Shown here: in pieces, positions 1-9,256 of the stretch
Layout of the letters: the number at the start of each line of letters is the position of its first letter
Numbering within the stretch: the first letter of the stretch is position 1
Source of the DNA: Dehalococcoidia bacterium
GTDB taxonomy: Bacteria; Chloroflexota; Dehalococcoidia; Bin125
Length of the DNA: 64,000 nt
Direction: 5' to 3'
Assembly: GCA_963555985.3 (NCBI GenBank)
Contig: OY820591.1
Span: 1,792,001-1,856,000, forward strand
The notes under the pieces: generated by a model
What the model saw: only the letters and a program-made list of their open reading frames with translations
Databases searched by the model: none
What the model was told of the DNA's origin: nothing
Position numbers and translations under genes: made by a program

Positions 1-879
1 GAAAGCGTTCCCTCCCCCAGGCGAGGCGTCAAGCAGAAATTCAAACGTACCCAACGACGAGTACCCAACATCGGCGGCAATCCGCAGCGCCGCCGCCACA
101 ATCCGATCGCGCACATCGGCATCCAGATGCGGCGCGGGCGCGATCTCAACGATCTTCTGAAATCGGCGCTGCACCGAACACTCGCGCTCCCACAAGTGCG
201 CGACCGACCCATGCAGATCGCCGATGATCTGAACCTCGATATGCCGCGCGCGCGGAATCAGCTGCTCCACATAGAGCGCGTCGTTGCCAAACGCCATCGC
301 CGCTTCCGACTGACACCGCACCCAAGCCGACTCAAGCTCATCCGAAGCCGCGACCGCACGCGAACCACGACCGCCGCCGCCCGCCACCGCCTTCAGCATC
401 ACCGCCGCGTTCGCCCCCAACGACTCGAAAAACGCACCCGCCTCCTCAAGGCTGACCGCCGCATCGGAACCCTCGATCACAGGCACGCCCGCTTCACGAG
501 CCGCCTGCCGCGCCCGCACCTTGTCCCCGAACAGATCAAGCAAATGTGGAGTCGGGCCCACAAACGCAAGCCCCGCATCCCGGCAGCGGCGAGCAAACTC
601 CGCCGACTCCGCCAGGAACCCGTAGCCCGGATGCACCGCGTCGCACTCACTCCCGTTTGCCGCCTCAATCAGCGCATCAATGTTGAGATACGCCGGCACT
701 CCCAGCCCATCCAGCGCGACCGCCTCGTCAGCCGCGCGGACATGCAGCGAGTGGGCGTCGTCCTGCGAATAGACGGCGACAGTCTCAATGCCGAGGTCGG
801 AAGCGGCGCGCGCGATCCGAATCGCGATCTCGCCGCGGTTGGCGATCAACAGGCGGGACACAGTAGAGCCAGGCGGCAT
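1..879 (-). CDS. Biotin carboxylase domain protein (acyl-CoA/pyruvate carboxylase family), runs off left edge
   Basis: Not in ORF track; manual translation from ATG at 879 gives MPPGSTVSRLLIANRGEIAIRIARAA...HPGYGFLAES...KAVAGGGGRG...ERECSVQRRFQK, classic biotin carboxylase motifs; GGAG RBS upstream. Confidence 0.93.
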   Translation of the reverse strand, partial: MPPGSTVSRLLIANRGEIAIRIARAASDLGIETVAVYSQDDAHSLHVRAADEAVALDGLGVPAYLNIDALIEAANGSECDAVHPGYGFLAESAEFARRCRDAGLAFVGPTPHLLDLFGDKVRARQAAREAGVPVIEGSDAAVSLEEAGAFFESLGANAAVMLKAVAGGGGRGSRAVAASDELESAWVRCQSEAAMAFGNDALYVEQLIPRARHIEVQIIGDLHGSVAHLWERECSVQRRFQKIVEIAPAPHLDADVRDRIVAAALRIAADVGYSSLGTFEFLLDASPGGGNAF

Positions 880-973
880 GAATCTCATCTCCGGACAAGG
901 GCGTAACAGACAGCGCAGCCGAAGCTGCCGGCGCAAGCGCCTGCGCCGTCAAGATACCAGCGACTCGACTCGT

Positions 974-3430
974 TCAGTCTGCGGCGGCGGCAACCGCCAG
1001 ATCGTCAAAAGTGCCCGTGATCCGCCGCTCCACCAACGATCGATACTCCGTCTCGGTCATGCCCAGCTCTTCCGAGAGCACTTGGCATGAGTGCTCGCCC
1101 ACCACCGGCGAAGGCCGCAGCGTCGCATCCACCGATCCGCTGAAACGCCAGGGCGCGCCCGGCAGCCAACTCGCTCCCGCCTCGGGATGATCCACCTGCT
1201 GCACAAACCCCGTCGCCAAGAGGTACGGATCAGGCTCTGCATACAAGTCGTAGAGCGGATTCACCCGCGCAGCCATAATCCCGATCCCGATCAGCCGCGC
1301 CTCGACTAACTTCGCATCCTGTTCGCTCGTCCACTGCGAGACAAGCTCGTCCAACTCACGCTCATGCTCCTTGCGCGCGCTCGCAGTGGCGAATCGCGGA
1401 TCGACGATCAAGCTCTCCTCACCGATCTCGCGCGCCAGCGCCCGCCACTGGCGATCCGACTCGACCGCGATCGCCACCCATTCATCCTCTCCCTCGCAGG
1501 GATAAACGTTGTGCGGAGCGCGCCAGTAATCGTGATTGCCGCGCGGCTTCGGTACCCGCCCGCTGGCGTCGTATTCCAGCATCGCGTCGCCGACCACCAC
1601 CCCCATCGCCTCCAGCATGGCGACATCGATGTACTGCGGGCCAGACACGCGCTCGCGCCGTTCCAGCGCCGCCAGAATGCCCCCGGTCAGGGCATAGCCG
1701 GAGACCGGATCCGGATACAGGCCGCCCGTGTTCATCCCGGGATCGCCCTCATATCCGTGCAGCGAGGACAGCCCCGACATCGGCTCGGTCGTCGCCCCGT
1801 TCGCCGGGTATGAGGCGTACGGACCAGTCACCCCATAGCCGGAGATCGTCGCCAGGATGATGTCCGGCCTCGCTTCGGCAAGCGTCTCCAACGTGATCCC
1901 CCAGCCGCTCAACACGCCCGGCCGGAAATTCTCACACACGACGTCGAACTCGGGCACGAGCCGCCAAAACAGTTCTTTGCCCTCTTCCCGCCGCAGATCA
2001 AGCGTGATCCCCCGCTTGTTCAGGTTCACCGCGTTGAACAGACCCTGCGTGTTGACTGCGTGCTGCACCTTCGAGTCGTCCCGAATCGCCTTCGGTACCC
2101 AGGGCCGCACATTGCGCCAGATATCAACCCGTTGAAGCGCCTCGATCTGCACCACGTCCGCCCCCAGAAACGCCAGTAACTCGGTCGCAAACGTCCCGCT
2201 CCAGGCTTGCGTAAACGTCAACACCCGCACCCCCTCGAGCGGGCCTTTGGTGGTGGGTGCCCCGGACTGAGAGTCGCGGTCATCCTGCGCACGCGACGGC
2301 GCAGCGCCGTTCACGGTTCCCTGATCCGGCGCGGGCGAACGCAGAGACCAACTCAGCGGAGACATCGGATGCGGATCGCCCGCCGCCCGAACCGGCGATC
2401 CCGCCAGTTCGGTGCTGACCACAAAGCCGCGCGACACCAACTGTTCGTTCTCGACCAATTCGTCGATCTGCTGAAACACGCCGGAGATGCAACGAAGCTC
2501 CGCAAGCTGGTGAAACAACGGCCACTTCTGCATCTGCGGCAGTTCGCGCGCGACCCCCGCTTGAACCGGCGCGAGATCGCGCGTATAGCGCCCGTCCCGC
2601 TGCTGCATATCTTCGCGCGCCCCCTGGTCGGGAAGGTTGAGCAACGCCATCGCCTGAGGCCAGTTGTGCCAGTCCCCGAATCCAAAGTTCATCCGCCCGT
2701 CCGCCGCCTCCCAGAGCGGCCCCGGCTCTCCTCGATTGCGACGCCCGGTTGCCCCGGGCGACCAGCCGCTGCCCTCGTAGATCGCCGGAATGCACCACGG
2801 AAAAACGGTATGCGACAGCGCCTCAAACTCACGCACATCGACCAGTTCCGCCTCCCCGCTCTCAAAACGCCGCCGCAGCGCCGCCGCAGCCGCGATGAAC
2901 CCGGCCCAGCCGCCCACATACCCAACCTGGCGCGCAGGCAGACTCAGCGGCGGCTCGTCGCGGTAGGCGTTGATGTACGCCCAGCCGCAGCGCGCGTTCT
3001 GAATCAGATTGTTCGCCGGCGCATTCGCAAGCGGCCCGCTGAGGCCATGCGGCGTCAGCGAAAGATGCACGGCGTCGGGACGCATCGCCGCCAACGGCCA
3101 ACGCTCAAGCCTGGCGGGAGGGTCCGTCGTCACCACCAGGTCGGCGGCCTCAAGAAATGCCTGAGCATCGCTCCCGTCTCGAACGACCCGCGAGCGCTTG
3201 TTCCAGTTCGCGTAGGCGTGCAAAACCGAACGATCCGGCCCTGCCTCATCATCCAGAAACGGCGCTTCCCGTCGCAGCGGATGACCCTCCGGCGGCTCCA
3301 GCAGAGTCACCTCAGCGCCATGATCCGCAAACAGCCGAGCCGCAAAAGCCCCCGCCAACGTCCGCGAAAGATCAGCAACGACAAGTCCCCCATAAGCAGG
3401 AACAGCAGCGCCAACATCGTCCGGCATCAA
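974..3430 (-). CDS. CoA transferase family III (CaiB/BaiF), two fused domains
   Basis: Two repeats of the fold (GHPLR...NWNKRS; GPLEGVRVL...NLNKRGITLDL...ENFRPG); catalytic Asp in second domain (YPDPVSG). Confidence 0.93.
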   Translation of the reverse strand: MMPDDVGAAVPAYGGLVVADLSRTLAGAFAARLFADHGAEVTLLEPPEGHPLRREAPFLDDEAGPDRSVLHAYANWNKRSRVVRDGSDAQAFLEAADLVVTTDPPARLERWPLAAMRPDAVHLSLTPHGLSGPLANAPANNLIQNARCGWAYINAYRDEPPLSLPARQVGYVGGWAGFIAAAAALRRRFESGEAELVDVREFEALSHTVFPWCIPAIYEGSGWSPGATGRRNRGEPGPLWEAADGRMNFGFGDWHNWPQAMALLNLPDQGAREDMQQRDGRYTRDLAPVQAGVARELPQMQKWPLFHQLAELRCISGVFQQIDELVENEQLVSRGFVVSTELAGSPVRAAGDPHPMSPLSWSLRSPAPDQGTVNGAAPSRAQDDRDSQSGAPTTKGPLEGVRVLTFTQAWSGTFATELLAFLGADVVQIEALQRVDIWRNVRPWVPKAIRDDSKVQHAVNTQGLFNAVNLNKRGITLDLRREEGKELFWRLVPEFDVVCENFRPGVLSGWGITLETLAEARPDIILATISGYGVTGPYASYPANGATTEPMSGLSSLHGYEGDPGMNTGGLYPDPVSGYALTGGILAALERRERVSGPQYIDVAMLEAMGVVVGDAMLEYDASGRVPKPRGNHDYWRAPHNVYPCEGEDEWVAIAVESDRQWRALAREIGEESLIVDPRFATASARKEHERELDELVSQWTSEQDAKLVEARLIGIGIMAARVNPLYDLYAEPDPYLLATGFVQQVDHPEAGASWLPGAPWRFSGSVDATLRPSPVVGEHSCQVLSEELGMTETEYRSLVERRITGTFDDLAVAAAAD

Positions 3431-3493
3431 AGCTCCTCACCTACTGTCAGAAACACGTTATCCGAAGCCTCCACTTCCCCCTCAAAATCCAAA

Positions 3494-3538
3494 ATCTCCC
3501 CCTTGAGGGGGGAGATGCCCCAACGGGGCAGAGGGAGT
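3494..3538 (-). repeat. REP-like double hairpin, family B copy 1
   Basis: Reverse complement CTCCCTCTGCCCC-GTT-GGGGCATCTCCCCCC...GGGGGAGAT matches 21957-22003. Confidence 0.75.
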
Positions 3539-3593
3539 GAAACGCCACACCCAGCACAGACACCCCGCACCCCGTCCCCACCGCCCTCACTTC

Positions 3594-3624
3594 CGTCATA
3601 CCCGCGCTCCGTCGCGGGTATCTC
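3594..3624 (+). repeat. REP-like palindrome, family A copy 1
   Basis: CGTCATACCCGCG-CTCCGT-CGCGGGTATCTCG; near-identical copies at 7465 and 58445. Confidence 0.85.
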
Positions 3625-3672
3625 GCCGTGACCGGCACCCAACCCTCTGCCAACCACAACACACCCATCAGC

Positions 3673-3702
3673 TTGCAAACCGAACATCCATCCATATAAG
3701 AT
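3673..3702 (+). promoter_or_regulatory. Putative sigma70 promoter with degenerate LexA-type box in the spacer
   Basis: TTGCAA (3673) ... GAAC-ATCC-ATCC (3682) ... TATAAG/TAAGAT (3695-3702); block similar to reverse complement of 40329-40381. Confidence 0.4.
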
Positions 3703-3740
3703 CAAGAGTCCTTCATTCCTCAAGAAAGGAACGCCCCACC

Positions 3741-4106
3741 ATGCCCTTCCCCCACACCTACCAGTCCAGCATGACCGGCGTCGGCCAGATCGCCCATTCC
3801 AACGAAGCCGGCCACGTCCGCATCAAAGCGCTCGCCCTCCTCATCCGCGAACTTTCCCCCTCCAACGCCAAGAGCCGCGAGATCCACCACGCGCTCGACC
3901 TCGAACCCCATCCCGAACCCGCGCCCAAACCCCGAGCCAACCACTCCCCCCGCCTGCCCGAAGCCCCGCTCACTCCTGAACAGCAGAAGGACTTCCACCT
4001 CTACCCGCACTCGGTCCACGCCCAAGCCGCAGCCTTGATGCGCGGCGAAGACGTGCCCCTCAGCGAGGACGAGCAAAGCGCCGAGGAAGAGGAAGAGCCG
4101 CAGTAA
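3741..4106 (+). CDS. Hypothetical Pro/Glu-rich protein
   Basis: ATG at 3741 preceded by AAAGGA and a promoter-like block; no recognisable domain; acidic tail. Confidence 0.5.
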   Translation: MPFPHTYQSSMTGVGQIAHSNEAGHVRIKALALLIRELSPSNAKSREIHHALDLEPHPEPAPKPRANHSPRLPEAPLTPEQQKDFHLYPHSVHAQAAALMRGEDVPLSEDEQSAEEEEEPQ

Positions 4107-4258
4107 TCCCCCGACCGCAAGCGGCGACCCCATCTCGTTTTTTTCTCACAGCCCCCGTCAGGCCGCAAACCGCGACCACCCAGTCCCTACCGTGCCCAGG
4201 CCAAGCGGCGCCTATCTTGCTCCCAGGCAAATCCAGCCGCCTGCTTGGGAGAACCGCC

Positions 4259-5773
4259 ATGTACGACGACATCATCATCGGCGCAGGCTCGGCCGGAGCC
4301 GTGATCGCAGCCCGACTCTCCGAAGACCCCCAGCGGCAAGTGCTGCTGCTGGAAGCCGGACCGGATTATGCGCGGATCGAAGACTTGCCTCGGGACCTGG
4401 TCAAGCCTTGGATCTCGTGGGTAGACCACGACTGGGGCTTTCGCGCGAACGCCCGGCATGGACGCGCAGTGCGGATGCATCGCGGCAAGGTCGTGGGCGG
4501 AACCTCCGCAATCAACGGCGCAGTCGCCCTCCGCGGCGTCCCGGCTGACTTCGATGCCTGGGTCGCGCTCGGCTGCGATCAGTGGTCCTACGAGGATGTG
4601 CTGCCCTGGTACCGCAAGCTGGAAACCGATCCGGAGGGCGGCGACTTCCACGGTGCCAACGGGCCGGTCCCGATCATGCGCTCCCCGCAGGAGCAGTGGC
4701 AACCGCTACAGCGAGCCTTCTACGACGCCTGCCGCGAACGAGGCTTCGACGACGTGTGGGATCACAACCTCCCCGAGGCGACCGGCGTTGGGCCCTGGCC
4801 GAGGAATCGTCGTGACGGCCTGCGAGTCTCAACCAACATCGCCTACCTAATGGGCATCCGCGATCGGGAGAATCTGACAATCCGTCATGGCGCCCTCGTC
4901 GATCGTGTGCAGCTCAGAGCTGGCCGAGTCAGCGGCGTCGTACTCGCAGACGGAGAAGTAATCGAAGCGAGCCGCGTCTGCGTCAGCGCCGGTGCCGCAA
5001 TCACCCCCGCGATCCTGCTCCGCTCGGGGATCGGACCGGCCGAGAAGCTCACTCCGCACGGGATTGAGCAGCAACACCCACTACCCGGCGTCGGTGAGAA
5101 CCTGACCGACCACTTCGGGCTCGGCGTGGCGGCCTTTGCCAAACCGGAGATCGCTCACGACCCCGAGGTCGTTTTCGAGGTCGGCCTGCGCTACACCGTT
5201 GACGGCAGCGACCTGTTCAACGACATGCAGATTGCGCTTTCGACCGTCTGGGACGCGGATCACATGCGCGGATTCGAAGGCGCACGCGGAGCGACCCCGA
5301 ATATCGGCCTCGCGGCAATGCTGGAGCGTCCCTACTCGCGCGGCGCCCTCACGCTGCGTTCCGCGGATCCCACGGAGCAGCCGAACATCGACATGAACTA
5401 CGCGAGCCACCCCGAAGACCTGCGCCGGCTGATGGAAGCGACCCGGCTCTGCTGGGAGCTCATGCACAGCGATCAGATCGCCCCGTATGTCGATCAGGTA
5501 ATCGCACCGCAAGCTGAGGTGTTCGAGTCCGACGCTGCTCTGGCCGACTACATCTTCGGCGTCGTCACCACGATGTGGCACATCAGTGGCACGGCGCGGA
5601 TGGGACGGCGCACCGATCCAATGGCCGTGACCGATCAGCGCGGACATGTCCACGGCCTGGAGGGACTCCGCGTCGCCGACACGAGCATTCAGCCCGACAT
5701 CGTGAGCTGCAATACCAACCTCACCGCGATCATGATCGGCGAGCGGATTGCCGACTCAATCCGCGCGGAATAG
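4259..5773 (+). CDS. GMC family oxidoreductase (choline dehydrogenase-like), paralog 1
   Basis: GAGSAG FAD motif, RGKVVGGTSAING, catalytic His (WHISGTARMG) and Asn (SCNTN); GGGAG RBS before ATG 4259. Confidence 0.95.
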   Translation: MYDDIIIGAGSAGAVIAARLSEDPQRQVLLLEAGPDYARIEDLPRDLVKPWISWVDHDWGFRANARHGRAVRMHRGKVVGGTSAINGAVALRGVPADFDAWVALGCDQWSYEDVLPWYRKLETDPEGGDFHGANGPVPIMRSPQEQWQPLQRAFYDACRERGFDDVWDHNLPEATGVGPWPRNRRDGLRVSTNIAYLMGIRDRENLTIRHGALVDRVQLRAGRVSGVVLADGEVIEASRVCVSAGAAITPAILLRSGIGPAEKLTPHGIEQQHPLPGVGENLTDHFGLGVAAFAKPEIAHDPEVVFEVGLRYTVDGSDLFNDMQIALSTVWDADHMRGFEGARGATPNIGLAAMLERPYSRGALTLRSADPTEQPNIDMNYASHPEDLRRLMEATRLCWELMHSDQIAPYVDQVIAPQAEVFESDAALADYIFGVVTTMWHISGTARMGRRTDPMAVTDQRGHVHGLEGLRVADTSIQPDIVSCNTNLTAIMIGERIADSIRAE

Positions 5774-5894
5774 TTGCAGCAGCCCACCATCCTCGCTCCG
5801 AAACCGAAGGCCAGCGCCTTCTCTCGGAGGGCCGCACAATTGAGAAGGGGCGTATCTTGCCTCTGCGCCACTGAATAGCGGGGATGGAGAGATC

Positions 5895-7412
5895 GTGATC
5901 TACGACGACATCATCATTGGAGCCGGGTCCGCCGGAGCAGTCATCGCAGCGCGCTTGTCGGAAGACGAAGCCCGCAATGTGCTCCTGCTCGAAGCTGGCC
6001 CCGACTACACCCGCATCGAGGACATGCCCCGCGATCTGCTCAAACCCTGGGTCTCCTGGCGCGATCACGACTGGGGCTTCCGCGCCGACGCCCGCCACGG
6101 ACGCGAGTTCCCCCTCCATCGCGGCAAAGTCATGGGCGGATCATCAGCCGTCAACGGCACCATCGCCCTGCGCGGAGTACCGGGCGATTTCCAGTCCTGG
6201 GTCGAGCTCGGCTGCGACCAGTGGTCATTCGAAGACGTGCTGCCCTGGTACCGCAAGCTCGAATCCGACCCCGAAGGCGGCGACTTCCACGGCGCAAACG
6301 GGCCGATCCCGATCGAGCGCGTCGGCAAGATGGAGTGGCAACCGCTCCAACGCGCCTTCTACGAGGCCTGCCGCAACAACGGCTTCGACGACGTCTGGGA
6401 TCACAACCTCCCCGACGCCACCGGCGTCGGACCCTGGCCGCGCAACCGGAGCGAGGGCAACCGCATCTCCACCAACATCGCCTACCTGCTCAACATCCGC
6501 GACCGCGAGAACCTCACGATCCGGCACGGGGTACTGGTCGACCGCGTGCGCCTGGAGCACGGCCGCGCAACCGGCGTCGTCCTCACCGACGGCGAGCAGA
6601 TCGACGCGCGCCGCGTCTGCGTCAGCGCCGGCGCAGCCGTCAGCCCCGCAATCTTGCTCCGCTCCGGCATCGGCCCGGCCGAGAAACTCACGCCGCACGG
6701 AATCACCCAACTGCACGCCCTCCCGGGCGTCGGCGAGAACCTCGTCGACCACTTCGGTACCGGCGTCCAAGCCTTCCCCAAGCCCGATGTCGTCCACGAT
6801 CCCGACGTCGTCACCGAGGTCGGCGTCCGCTACACCGCCCCGGGCAGCGACCAGTTCAACGACATGCAGATCGCCATCTCCACAATCTGGGACTCCGATC
6901 AGGTGCGCGGACTCACCGACGCGCCCCGCCAACATCCAAGTTTCGGCATCGGAGCTGTAGTCCAGCGCCCCCACTCGCGCGGCTCAGTCACGCTGCGCTC
7001 AACGGATCCGTCGGAACAGCCCAATCTCGACATGCGCTACGCCAGCCACCCCGAAGATCTGCGCCGCCTCATGGACGGCGCCCGCCTCTGCTGGGAGATC
7101 ATGCACAGCGACGCCATTATGCCTTATGTCGAGCGAGTGATCGCTCCGCGACCCGGCGTGATCGACTCCGACACGGCCCTGGCCGACTACATCCTCCGCA
7201 CCACCTCCACCACTTGGCACATCAGCGGCACCGCCCGCATGGGCCAAGCTACCGACCCCATGGCCGTCACCGACCAACAGGGCCGCCTCCACGGCCTCGA
7301 AAACCTCCGCGTCGCCGACGCCAGCATCCAGCCCGACATCGTCAGCTGCAACACCAACCTCACCGCCATCATGATCGGCGAACGCATCGCCGACGCCATG
7401 CAAGCAGAATGA
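5895..7412 (+). CDS. GMC family oxidoreductase, paralog 2
   Basis: Same motifs; long identical peptide blocks with the upstream gene. Confidence 0.95.
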   Translation: MIYDDIIIGAGSAGAVIAARLSEDEARNVLLLEAGPDYTRIEDMPRDLLKPWVSWRDHDWGFRADARHGREFPLHRGKVMGGSSAVNGTIALRGVPGDFQSWVELGCDQWSFEDVLPWYRKLESDPEGGDFHGANGPIPIERVGKMEWQPLQRAFYEACRNNGFDDVWDHNLPDATGVGPWPRNRSEGNRISTNIAYLLNIRDRENLTIRHGVLVDRVRLEHGRATGVVLTDGEQIDARRVCVSAGAAVSPAILLRSGIGPAEKLTPHGITQLHALPGVGENLVDHFGTGVQAFPKPDVVHDPDVVTEVGVRYTAPGSDQFNDMQIAISTIWDSDQVRGLTDAPRQHPSFGIGAVVQRPHSRGSVTLRSTDPSEQPNLDMRYASHPEDLRRLMDGARLCWEIMHSDAIMPYVERVIAPRPGVIDSDTALADYILRTTSTTWHISGTARMGQATDPMAVTDQQGRLHGLENLRVADASIQPDIVSCNTNLTAIMIGERIADAMQAE

Positions 7413-7464
7413 TCCCACCGAACAACCCACTCCCCTACCGAACACCTGCACGCGAATCAAAGAT

Positions 7465-7498
7465 CGTCATACCCGCGCTTGCCGCGGGTATCTCGCCG
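7465..7498 (+). repeat. REP-like palindrome, family A copy 2
   Basis: CGTCATACCCGCG-CTTGC-CGCGGGTATCTCGCCG between convergent genes. Confidence 0.85.
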
Positions 7499-7594
7499 AG
7501 TTCTGCACCAAACCCCCAATCCCACCCCCTTCCCTTTCCGGGGAGAGCAGCGACTGATGGGCCCGCAAAGCTCTCCTGCACCGCAAGGCTGCTC

Positions 7595-9256
7595 CTACGG
7601 AACTCCCGTCTTCTGCGGCCGCGGCAACCCAATCCTGCGCACCAACCCCAGCCCCTCGGCCGTCCCATTCCCAGCCGCGCCGACGGACGAGACTTCCGCC
7701 TCTCCCTCAAAGCCAACCGCCCCCCGCAGCGTCGCCGCCTGCTGCAAACGCTGCCGGCTCGGAACCAGCAGCCAACACACGATCCCCGAACAAACCGCAA
7801 AGATGATCCCCAACCGGTACGTGTCCTGGATCGCGCCCACGAACGACTCCGCAATCGCCGCCCGCGCCGCCGGCAGCGCCTCCGCGCCCAACTCCGGCAA
7901 CACCTGCAACGCCGCCCCCACGCCCGTCGCAATCGTCTCAACCTGCTCAGCCCCCAGACCCAGCGGAGCCAGACTCTCCCGCGCCCCGGACGCATACATC
8001 GTCGCCGCAAAGCTCCCCAGAATCGCAATCGAGAGCGTCCCCCCAAGTTCCTGCCCGCTGGTCGTCACCGCCGATGCCTTGCCCGCCAGATCCACCGGTA
8101 CCGCCGCCATGCTCGTATCCGTCGTCGCCGGCATATGCATCGCCCCGCCAATCCCCAGCCAGCCAAGCGCCAGCCCAATCACCCAATACGGCGTGTCTAC
8201 ATCAAGCACGAAACTCAGCAACAGCAGGCAACCGCCCCCATGCACGGCGGGCGCCCAAAGCATGATGATCCGCGGCCCCACCCGCGGCAAAACCCGCCCC
8301 GCCAGCGGAGCCACCACCATCATCGCCAGCGCCAATGGCATCAGCCGCAAACCGCTCGTCGTCGCCGACGTGCCCTGCACCAACTGGAAGAACTGCGGCA
8401 GATAGAACATCACCCCCATCAGCGCGAACATGATGAAGAACATCCCAATCATCGCGCCCGTGAAGTCGCGCTGACGGAAAAACGCCATCGGCAGCAACGG
8501 TTGCGCCGTGCGCCGTTCGATCAGAATGAAGCTCGACAGCGACACCGCCGCCACCGCAAACGCGCCCACAATCAGCGGATCGCCCCACCCGCGCTGAATG
8601 CCCTCGATGATCGCGAAGACAATCGCCACCATCCCCACCGTCCCCGTCACCGCGCCAGGCACATCAAGCCGCGTGTGTCGCAGAGACCGCGACTCCGGCA
8701 CAATCGCCATCCCGAGCAGGGCGACGCCCGCAATCGGCGCAGGCACCCAGAAGACCGCCGACCAATCGATCAGATCCACCAGTGCGCCGCCGATCAGCGG
8801 CCCGAACGCCATCCCGAAACCCATCGCCCCGGCCCAGACGCCGAACGCCTTACTGCGCTCTTCACGCGGGAAGACCGCCGTCAGAATCGACAGCGTTTGC
8901 GGAATCACCAGCGCGCCGCCGAGTCCCTGCAAGCCCCGCCCGACGATCAGGAAGTTCGCGTTGGGCGAGAACGCGACCCCGATCGAGGCGGCGACAAAGA
9001 CCGTCATCCCGATCATCAAGATCCGGCGGCGGCCAAAGCGATCACCCAGCGCACCCGCAAGCAGGAGCAAACCCCCGAAGATCACCAGATAGGCGTCCGC
9101 GATCCAGAGCGACTGCGATTCGGTCAGTTCGAAGGCGCGTTTGATCGCCGGGATCGCCGTGTTGATGATCGTCACGTCGAGGTTGACGATCATCTGACTG
9201 GTCACAAGCACCGCGAGAATGAGCCAGCGGCGGCGTCCGCCTGCGACCGAGGTCAT
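7595..9256 (-). CDS. MFS transporter, DHA2 (EmrB/QacA) family, paralog 1
   Basis: LDVTIINTAIP, GALGDRFGRRR motif A, many TM segments; TGATG overlap with upstream paralog. Confidence 0.93.
   Translation of the reverse strand: MTSVAGGRRRWLILAVLVTSQMIVNLDVTIINTAIPAIKRAFELTESQSLWIADAYLVIFGGLLLLAGALGDRFGRRRILMIGMTVFVAASIGVAFSPNANFLIVGRGLQGLGGALVIPQTLSILTAVFPREERSKAFGVWAGAMGFGMAFGPLIGGALVDLIDWSAVFWVPAPIAGVALLGMAIVPESRSLRHTRLDVPGAVTGTVGMVAIVFAIIEGIQRGWGDPLIVGAFAVAAVSLSSFILIERRTAQPLLPMAFFRQRDFTGAMIGMFFIMFALMGVMFYLPQFFQLVQGTSATTSGLRLMPLALAMMVVAPLAGRVLPRVGPRIIMLWAPAVHGGGCLLLLSFVLDVDTPYWVIGLALGWLGIGGAMHMPATTDTSMAAVPVDLAGKASAVTTSGQELGGTLSIAILGSFAATMYASGARESLAPLGLGAEQVETIATGVGAALQVLPELGAEALPAARAAIAESFVGAIQDTYRLGIIFAVCSGIVCWLLVPSRQRLQQAATLRGAVGFEGEAEVSSVGAAGNGTAEGLGLVRRIGLPRPQKTGVP

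Noticed and set aside
127-906. 259-aa + strand ORF
   Set aside because: Antisense shadow of the biotin carboxylase gene on the minus strand
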